Origin: Bacteroides sp.
GTDB lineage: Bacteria > Bacteroidota > Bacteroidia > Bacteroidales > Muribaculaceae
Assembly (NCBI GenBank): GCA_014802175.1
Contig: JAAVCU010000021.1
Coordinates: forward strand, 63,359 to 127,358
Reading direction: 5' to 3'
DNA: 64,000 nucleotides
Positions 57,794-64,000 of the stretch are shown here, in pieces. A program made the position numbers and the translations under genes. Under the pieces are notes generated by a model. The model ran no database searches. It had not been told where the DNA came from and worked only from the letters and a program-made list of their open reading frames with translations. Position 1 is the first letter of the stretch. Each line of letters opens with the position of its first letter.

Positions 57794-60115
57794 TTATTTC
57801 TTTCTGGCGCGGGTTTTTTTGGCGGGAGCGGCATCCTGCTTCTCCATCAGTTCCTTTATTTCGTCCAGAGTCAGGGCGGAGGGGTCAGTGCCTTTCGGAA
57901 TTTTGTAGTTCACCGCTTTCTTGGCACCCTCTTTTTTGTAAGCGATGTAAGGTCCGTAACGACCATTGAGCACTTCCAGTCCGGGCATTTCCGGAAACTC
58001 CTTGATGAGTCGGTTTGCCTCCTGCTCCTGTTTAGCCTTGATAAGATCAATGGCCTCTTCGAGAGTTATCGTCTGCGGAGCCAGATCCTTAGGTATGGAC
58101 ACGAACAGCTTCCCGAAGCGGATGTAGGGTCCGAATCTACCGATGGCAGCCGTTAGCGTCTCACCCTCGTAGGTGCCGATGGTGCGGGGCAACTCAAACA
58201 GTTTCAATGCCTCTTCGAGGGTGATGTCCTGAATGCTCTGTCCCTCAAGAAGACTTGCGAATTGAGGCTTCTCATCGTCGGAAGCCTCACCGATTTGCAC
58301 TACAGGCCCGAATCTGCCTATCTTCACCGACACCGGTTTGCCGCTCTTGGGGTCAGTGCCGAGTACGCGTTCGCCAACCTTATGCTCAAGGCGCATGGTG
58401 TCAACTTTTTCTATAGATGGATGGAAATTGGTGTAGAAATCTTCCATCTCGTTCTTCCAGCCAAGTTTGCCCTCGGCAATGTCGTCAAACTTCTCCTCCA
58501 CCTTAGCAGTGAAGTTATAATCGAGGATGTCGGGGAAATATTCTGTAAGGAACTCATTCACCACCATGCCGATATCTGTAGGTACGAGTTTTCCTTTCTC
58601 GCTGCCTGTGTTCTCCTGCAATGTCTCTTTGGAGACGTTGCCGTTGACGAGGGTTATCACGTCGTAAGAGCGGGGTGTTCCCTCCTTTTCTCCGCGGCGA
58701 ATATAGTCTCTCGTTTGGATAGTGGTGATTGTAGATGCATAGGTCGAGGGGCGTCCGATTCCCAACTCCTCCATCTTCTTAACCAGCGAAGCCTCGGTGT
58801 AACGAGCCGGGGGCATGGTGAAACGCTGGGTGGCAGTGATGGTGTCGGCATCAAGTGTCTCGTTTTTCTCCAGTTTGGGCAGACGGGTGAATGTATTTGA
58901 ATCAGCATCGATCTCCCATGCTTTCATGAAACCCTCGAATGTCACAACCTCACCTTCAGCCTTGAATTCTTTGTCGGACCCGCTGACGGCAATATCCACG
59001 TTGGTCTTTTCGAGTGTGGCGTCGCTCATCTGCGAAGCTAATGTGCGCTTGCGGATAAGTTCATAGAGACGCTGCTCCTGAGCTGTGCCGGAGATAGTGG
59101 CATTACTGATATATGTAGGGCGGATTGCCTCGTGAGCCTCCTGCGCACCTTTGGAGTTGGTGTGGTAATGGCGCACCTTCAGGTAATCATCGCCATACTC
59201 CTCCTTGATGGAGGAGGCTATGTCGCGCAATGCTAATTCCGAGAGGTTGGTGGAGTCGGTACGCATATATGTGATCTTACCATCCTCATACAGTTTCTGA
59301 GCCACGCGCATCGTTGTGTTTACAGAGAACCCAAGTCGCTTACCGGCCTCCTGCTGTAATGTGGAGGTGGTGAAGGGTGGTGCCGGAGATCGTTTCACCG
59401 GTTTCACGGAGAGATCCGTCACACGGAAGCCGGCATCCTTACAGACCTCTATGAAATCGAGAGCTTCCTGCTCCGAGCCGAGACGTTGTTTGAGCTCAGC
59501 CTTGAAATTATTTTTGTCGGAATTCGAGAAAATAGCGTTAACGCGGAAGAAAGGTTCCGGAGTGAACGCTGCAATCTCCTGCTCACGTTCGCAGATGAGG
59601 CGCACCGCCACACTCTGCACCCTGCCTGCCGAGAGAGCGGGTTTGATCTTTTTCCAGAGCACGGGGCTCAGCTCAAAACCAACGATACGGTCGATTACAC
59701 GTCGGGCCTGTTGGGCGTTTACCTTGTCGATGTCGATAGCACGCGGATTCTCGATAGCGTGAAGAATAGCCGGTTTCGTAATCTCATGAAACACGATTCG
59801 CTTAGTATTCTCCGGCTTCAAGCCGAGCACTTCGTAAAGGTGCCATGCGATTGCTTCCCCTTCGCGGTCTTCATCGGAAGCGAGCCAGACTGTGTCTGCC
59901 TCCTTGGCGGCAGCCTTAAGCTGGCGCACAAGCTCTTTCTTCTCGGCCGGTATCTCATAGACCGGCGAGAAATCATCATCGATATCCACGCTCATACCTT
60001 TCTTCTTAAGGTCGCGGATATGACCCACGCTTGACATTACCTTGAAATCCGGGCCAAGATACCCCTGAATGGTCTTGACTTTTCCCGGTGACTCGACTAT
60101 GACAAGATTTTTCAT
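57794..60115 (-). CDS. topA: DNA topoisomerase I
   Basis: [37 protein letters not shown]; C-terminal GRFGP repeats. Confidence 0.98.
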   Translation of the reverse strand: MKNLVIVESPGKVKTIQGYLGPDFKVMSSVGHIRDLKKKGMSVDIDDDFSPVYEIPAEKKELVRQLKAAAKEADTVWLASDEDREGEAIAWHLYEVLGLKPENTKRIVFHEITKPAILHAIENPRAIDIDKVNAQQARRVIDRIVGFELSPVLWKKIKPALSAGRVQSVAVRLICEREQEIAAFTPEPFFRVNAIFSNSDKNNFKAELKQRLGSEQEALDFIEVCKDAGFRVTDLSVKPVKRSPAPPFTTSTLQQEAGKRLGFSVNTTMRVAQKLYEDGKITYMRTDSTNLSELALRDIASSIKEEYGDDYLKVRHYHTNSKGAQEAHEAIRPTYISNATISGTAQEQRLYELIRKRTLASQMSDATLEKTNVDIAVSGSDKEFKAEGEVVTFEGFMKAWEIDADSNTFTRLPKLEKNETLDADTITATQRFTMPPARYTEASLVKKMEELGIGRPSTYASTITTIQTRDYIRRGEKEGTPRSYDVITLVNGNVSKETLQENTGSEKGKLVPTDIGMVVNEFLTEYFPDILDYNFTAKVEEKFDDIAEGKLGWKNEMEDFYTNFHPSIEKVDTMRLEHKVGERVLGTDPKSGKPVSVKIGRFGPVVQIGEASDDEKPQFASLLEGQSIQDITLEEALKLFELPRTIGTYEGETLTAAIGRFGPYIRFGKLFVSIPKDLAPQTITLEEAIDLIKAKQEQEANRLIKEFPEMPGLEVLNGRYGPYIAYKKEGAKKAVNYKIPKGTDPSALTLDEIKELMEKQDAAPAKKTRARKK

Positions 60116-60996
60116 GATTTATAAGGGTTTTGTTTGCGTGCCTTGAGGGTGTTGATCATCAGAGAGCAGATGGTCATCGGACCCACACCGCCCGGCACCG
60201 GGGTGATGTATTCGCAAAGTTCGGCAACGTTGTCGAAATCTACGTCGCCGCGCAAACGCCAGCCGCGGGCGCGTGTTGCATCGGGCACACGGGTTGTGCC
60301 GACGTCGATTATTGTAGCGCCGGGTTTGACCATATCTGCGGTAACAAATCCGGGCTGACCGAGGGCGGCGACAATAATGTCAGCTTCACGACAGATCTCC
60401 TTGATGTTCGGTGTGGCGGAGTGGCACACAGTCACGGTGCAGTTGCCGGGGTTGCTCTTCTGCATCAGGAGGGCAGCCATCGGTTTGCCGACGATGTTGC
60501 TTCTGCCGAGCACCACTGCGTGCTTACCCTTGGTGGGGATGTCGTAATATTTCAGCAGCTCCATGATTCCGGCGGGAGTGGCGGGGAGGAAGCAGTCGAG
60601 ACCGATCGACATGCGCCCCACGTTCACCGGATGGAAGCCGTCTACATCTTTTGACGGGTCGATGGCCTGAGTGATAAGTTCCTCGTTGATATGGCGTGGC
60701 AACGGGAGCTGAACTATGAAGCCGTCGACTGTGTCATCCTCATTGAGACGGTGGATCTCCTCAAGCAGTCGCTCTTCTGTCACGTCATCCTCGAAGCGGA
60801 TAAGAGTGCTCTTGAAACCACATTCCTCGCAAGCCTTGACTTTGTTGGCAACATAAGTCTCCGAACCGCCGTCGTGACCGACCAGGATTGCAACAAGGTG
60901 AGGGGCGCGGTTTCCCTCGGCTACCATCTGCCGAACCTCTTCGGCTATGTTTTTCTTGATGTCGGTGGCAGTTTTTTTACCGTCAATGAGAGTCAT
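60112..60996 (-). CDS. folD: Methylenetetrahydrofolate dehydrogenase/cyclohydrolase
   Basis: [34 protein letters not shown]. Confidence 0.98.
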   Translation of the reverse strand: MTLIDGKKTATDIKKNIAEEVRQMVAEGNRAPHLVAILVGHDGGSETYVANKVKACEECGFKSTLIRFEDDVTEERLLEEIHRLNEDDTVDGFIVQLPLPRHINEELITQAIDPSKDVDGFHPVNVGRMSIGLDCFLPATPAGIMELLKYYDIPTKGKHAVVLGRSNIVGKPMAALLMQKSNPGNCTVTVCHSATPNIKEICREADIIVAALGQPGFVTADMVKPGATIIDVGTTRVPDATRARGWRLRGDVDFDNVAELCEYITPVPGGVGPMTICSLMINTLKARKQNPYKS

Positions 60997-61150
60997 AATC
61001 TTTTTTGTTAAATAAAATAGGTAATAATTATGTTATAACTATTGAGGAGATGTCGCAAAGTTGTCGGAACATCCTTATAAGATCAACGTCTTAGCCCCAA
61101 TAAGTGTTTGAAAGTGCAAAATTAATAAAATTTCATAAAATAGCTTGAAG

Positions 61151-62416
61151 ATGCGAAAGATTATTGCAAAGGCGGTGCTTGCCGCAGGATTTCTATTAAG
61201 CTCCGCAGGATTCGGGGCGAGTGCTCAGAACGCTGCATTGCCCAAGCAATTCAGCGGCTCTATGATGCCATACGATTTTTCGTTGTGCGACGCTGATGTG
61301 GCGTGGCAGGATACGTTGCAGCCGGTGTTCGTGAGCTACACGGCGCGTCACGGTGCGCGTTATATGACCTCCCCAAAGAAAATAGAACTGATAACAAAAG
61401 CTCTCAACGAAGCTGAGGCAAAGGGTGGATTGAGCGATAAGGGGAAAAGTTTCCTTGCGTTTATACGTGATATCTCTGCAAAGAGTGAGGGGAGCTGGGG
61501 TCTGCTCTCATCGGTAGGAATCGGCGAAGAGGAACGTCTTGGCTCGGATATGGCAAAGATGCTTCCGAAACTTTTCAAACGCGGAGATGCTGTTGCGGAA
61601 TCGACCTACGTGCCCCGTGTGATCATGACCATGTATCAGTTCATGCACGCACTCGAGATTCCTAACCAGAAACTTGAGCTGTCGGCGAACTCCGGACATA
61701 GGTTCGACACTTTGTTACGTTGTTTCTCAGCCGATAAGGCTTATGATGAATACCGCAAGAACGGAGCGTGGGTCAATGTGTACGATGCCTTTGTGCAGCG
61801 CCACGTGTCGAGTGACCCTGCGCGTCGTCTTTTCTCAGAAGATTATAAGATAGATCGTAGTGAACTCCGCAAGCTCACGGTGAGTATGTATGGTCTAATT
61901 CAGTCGCTTGATGCTTCGGGTCTCGGTTCTGCCACCGATGAGTTCATGACAGCACGTGAATATCAGGAATGTTGGTTAGCTGCTAATATGCAGCATTACC
62001 TGCGGAATAACATCAATCCGATTTCGCATGTGGCAGGTAAAGCTACCTCACCTTTGCTCCAAGCCATAATCAACGATGCAGATGCTGCTCTTAAAGATGG
62101 TAAGGTGAAATTCCACGGATATTTCGGTCACGCCGAGACGTTGCTTCCGCTCTTCTCACTGATGCAGTTGCCGGGGTGCTATATCATGACTGATAACTAT
62201 GAAAAGTTGGCGGACTCGTGGTGTGTACAGGATATCACACCTCTTGGAGCAAACCTTGCTGTTGTGTTGCTGAAGGGGCCAAGTGGAGAGATCTATGCCT
62301 CAGTGCGTCTTAACGGAAGAAATGTGGATGCAATTCCCGGTAAAGGTAAAAGTGAGGTAGTGAAGTGGAGCGACCTCAAAGCCTTCTGGCAAAAACGAAT
62401 TTCAGAATATAAATAG
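61151..62416 (+). CDS. Histidine acid phosphatase, MINPP/phytase-like
   Basis: Signal peptide; RHGARY and HAE motifs. Confidence 0.8.
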   Translation: MRKIIAKAVLAAGFLLSSAGFGASAQNAALPKQFSGSMMPYDFSLCDADVAWQDTLQPVFVSYTARHGARYMTSPKKIELITKALNEAEAKGGLSDKGKSFLAFIRDISAKSEGSWGLLSSVGIGEEERLGSDMAKMLPKLFKRGDAVAESTYVPRVIMTMYQFMHALEIPNQKLELSANSGHRFDTLLRCFSADKAYDEYRKNGAWVNVYDAFVQRHVSSDPARRLFSEDYKIDRSELRKLTVSMYGLIQSLDASGLGSATDEFMTAREYQECWLAANMQHYLRNNINPISHVAGKATSPLLQAIINDADAALKDGKVKFHGYFGHAETLLPLFSLMQLPGCYIMTDNYEKLADSWCVQDITPLGANLAVVLLKGPSGEIYASVRLNGRNVDAIPGKGKSEVVKWSDLKAFWQKRISEYK

Positions 62417-62428
62417 AAATCAGCAATA

Positions 62429-62448
62429 GAAGTAGTTTAAACATCTTC
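62429..62448. repeat. 20-bp palindrome (18/20 to GAAGTTGTTTAAACAACTTC)
   Basis: GAAGTAGTTTAAACATCTTC, 12 nt past the phosphatase stop. Confidence 0.55.
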
Positions 62449-62480
62449 ATGGCAAAAACAATAAAAACCAAATCTAACCA

Positions 62481-64000
62481 ATGAATTTAAAATTCTTTTT
62501 AGGGGGACTGCTCGCTGTTATGGTAGCTCCCTCTCTCTGCGCTCAGGTCACATTTGGCGATGCGCGGAAATTTAATGACGGATGGAAATTCGCCCTGAGG
62601 GATGATTCCCTATATCGTAGCGCGGATTATCGCGATACCGACTGGCGCAAGCTTACGTTGCCTCATGACTGGAGTGTGGAGGCTATCCCTTCGCCCGACC
62701 AGGCGAGTTGCACCGGGTATCTGCCGGGTGGTATCGGGTGGTATCGCAAGACTTTCGAGATTACCGACACGCTCCCGAAGCATTATATCTATTTCGAGGG
62801 TGTCTACAATCGCAGCGATGTCTATCTCAACGGGCATAAGTTGGGATCGCGCCCCAACGGTTACGCATCTTTTCTATATGATATGACACCTTATCTCAAA
62901 CCGGGTGAGAATGTGCTGGCGGTGCGTGTGGATCACAGCCGTTCTGCCGACTCACGGTGGTACAGCGGTTCGGGTATCTATCGCGATGTGTATATGATTT
63001 CCGCACCAGAGAGCCACATTGCGCAGTGGGGTGTTGGGTATAATCTGAAGAAACTTACTTCGCGCTCAGCCGACATTGAAGTTGACGTGAAGGTTGAGAA
63101 TCCCGGGAAAGGGATGCAGGTTGTGAGCTACATCACCGATAAAGAGGGCACTAAGGTGTCAAACACATCTGCGGTTTCTGCCAAGGAGAATAACCGCGTG
63201 GCGCTGAAAATAAAGAATCCGAAGTTGTGGAATCTTGACTCACCATATTTATATCAGCTCCACACCGAATTGCTTTCCGACGGCAAGAAGATCGACAGCA
63301 GTGTGGAGCCGTTGGGTGTGCGTTCGATACATTTTGACGCTGACAAAGGTTTCTTCCTGAACGGAAAGAACATGAAGATGAAAGGAGTCTGTCTGCATCA
63401 CGACGCCGGAGTGTTGGGTGCGGTGGTGCCCCGCGCGGTGTATAAACGTAAGCTCGAAGAACTCAAGAAATTGGGTGTGAATGCGATCCGAATGAGCCAC
63501 AATCCTCAGGCACCGATGGTCTATGACCTTTGCGATGAGTTGGGTCTGATGGTGATGGATGAGGCCTCCGATGAATGGGAGTTTCCTAAACGTAAATGGA
63601 TCAAAGGGTGGAACGAAGGTGAACCCGGCTTCCAGGGAAGCTACGACTTCTTCGAAGATTGGATAGACAGGGATGTGGCTGATATGGTGCGCCGCGATCG
63701 CAATCATCCCTCTGTGATTCTATGGAGCATAGGTAACGAGGTTGATTATCCTAATGATCCCTATTCACATCCGGTTCTGGATGGTTCGGAGATAACGCAG
63801 CCTATGTATGGCGGCTATGATCCGAAAGCGCCTAATGCCGAACGTATCGGAAAGATTGCCAAACGTCTGGCGGCAGTTGTTCACGGCATTGACCGCTCAC
63901 GCCCCGTAACCGGCGCGTTAGCGGGAGTGGTTATGTCGAATGAGACTGAATATCCGGAGGCTGTGGATATAGTAGGTTACAATTACACCGAATCGCGTTA
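62481..64000 (+). CDS. GH2 beta-galactosidase-like glycoside hydrolase (3' truncated; absent from the ORF track)
   Basis: Manual translation MNLKFFLGGLL...LPHDWS..GYLPGGIGWYRK..FEGVY..SRWYSGSGIYR..KGVCLHHD..NAIRMSHNP..RNHPSVILWSIGNE. Confidence 0.92.
   Translation, partial: MNLKFFLGGLLAVMVAPSLCAQVTFGDARKFNDGWKFALRDDSLYRSADYRDTDWRKLTLPHDWSVEAIPSPDQASCTGYLPGGIGWYRKTFEITDTLPKHYIYFEGVYNRSDVYLNGHKLGSRPNGYASFLYDMTPYLKPGENVLAVRVDHSRSADSRWYSGSGIYRDVYMISAPESHIAQWGVGYNLKKLTSRSADIEVDVKVENPGKGMQVVSYITDKEGTKVSNTSAVSAKENNRVALKIKNPKLWNLDSPYLYQLHTELLSDGKKIDSSVEPLGVRSIHFDADKGFFLNGKNMKMKGVCLHHDAGVLGAVVPRAVYKRKLEELKKLGVNAIRMSHNPQAPMVYDLCDELGLMVMDEASDEWEFPKRKWIKGWNEGEPGFQGSYDFFEDWIDRDVADMVRRDRNHPSVILWSIGNEVDYPNDPYSHPVLDGSEITQPMYGGYDPKAPNAERIGKIAKRLAAVVHGIDRSRPVTGALAGVVMSNETEYPEAVDIVGYNYTESR

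Overview
Bacteroidales chromosomal window; the short C-terminal sorting tails and gene content suggest Muribaculaceae (inference). 1-20.7 kb is a polysaccharide utilization locus: partial SusC, SusD, an FG-GAP beta-propeller surface protein, two paralogous clan GH-D-like alpha-galactosidases, a hybrid two-component regulator, a sialate/acetyl esterase, GH110 and GH92. Next come mscL, gap, an ECF sigma/anti-sigma/DUF4252 trio, and a REP-associated tyrosine transposase (RAYT, HUH/Y1) fused to a DprA/SLOG-like domain and joined by ATGA overlaps to GH53 and queG. These are followed by an esterase, GDPD plus a GlpT-like transporter, anSME, GH51, rnhA, pdxB, an RlmL-like methyltransferase, the dcw cluster (rsmH to ftsZ, no mraZ or murF), an AsmA-like gene, topA, folD, a MINPP-like phosphatase and a partial GH2. 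The most notable signals are non-coding. (i) A ~31-40 bp twin-hairpin REP-like repeat occurs in 5 copies; two form an inverted pair around the predicted RAYT promoter and three lie 7-9 kb downstream of the gene. (ii) A 192-bp palindromic element has ends matching a 20-bp palindrome found 'empty' after two other stop codons. (iii) Two further small dispersed repeat families and several 7/9/19/20-bp tandem tracts are present. No rRNA, tRNA or CRISPR array was seen.
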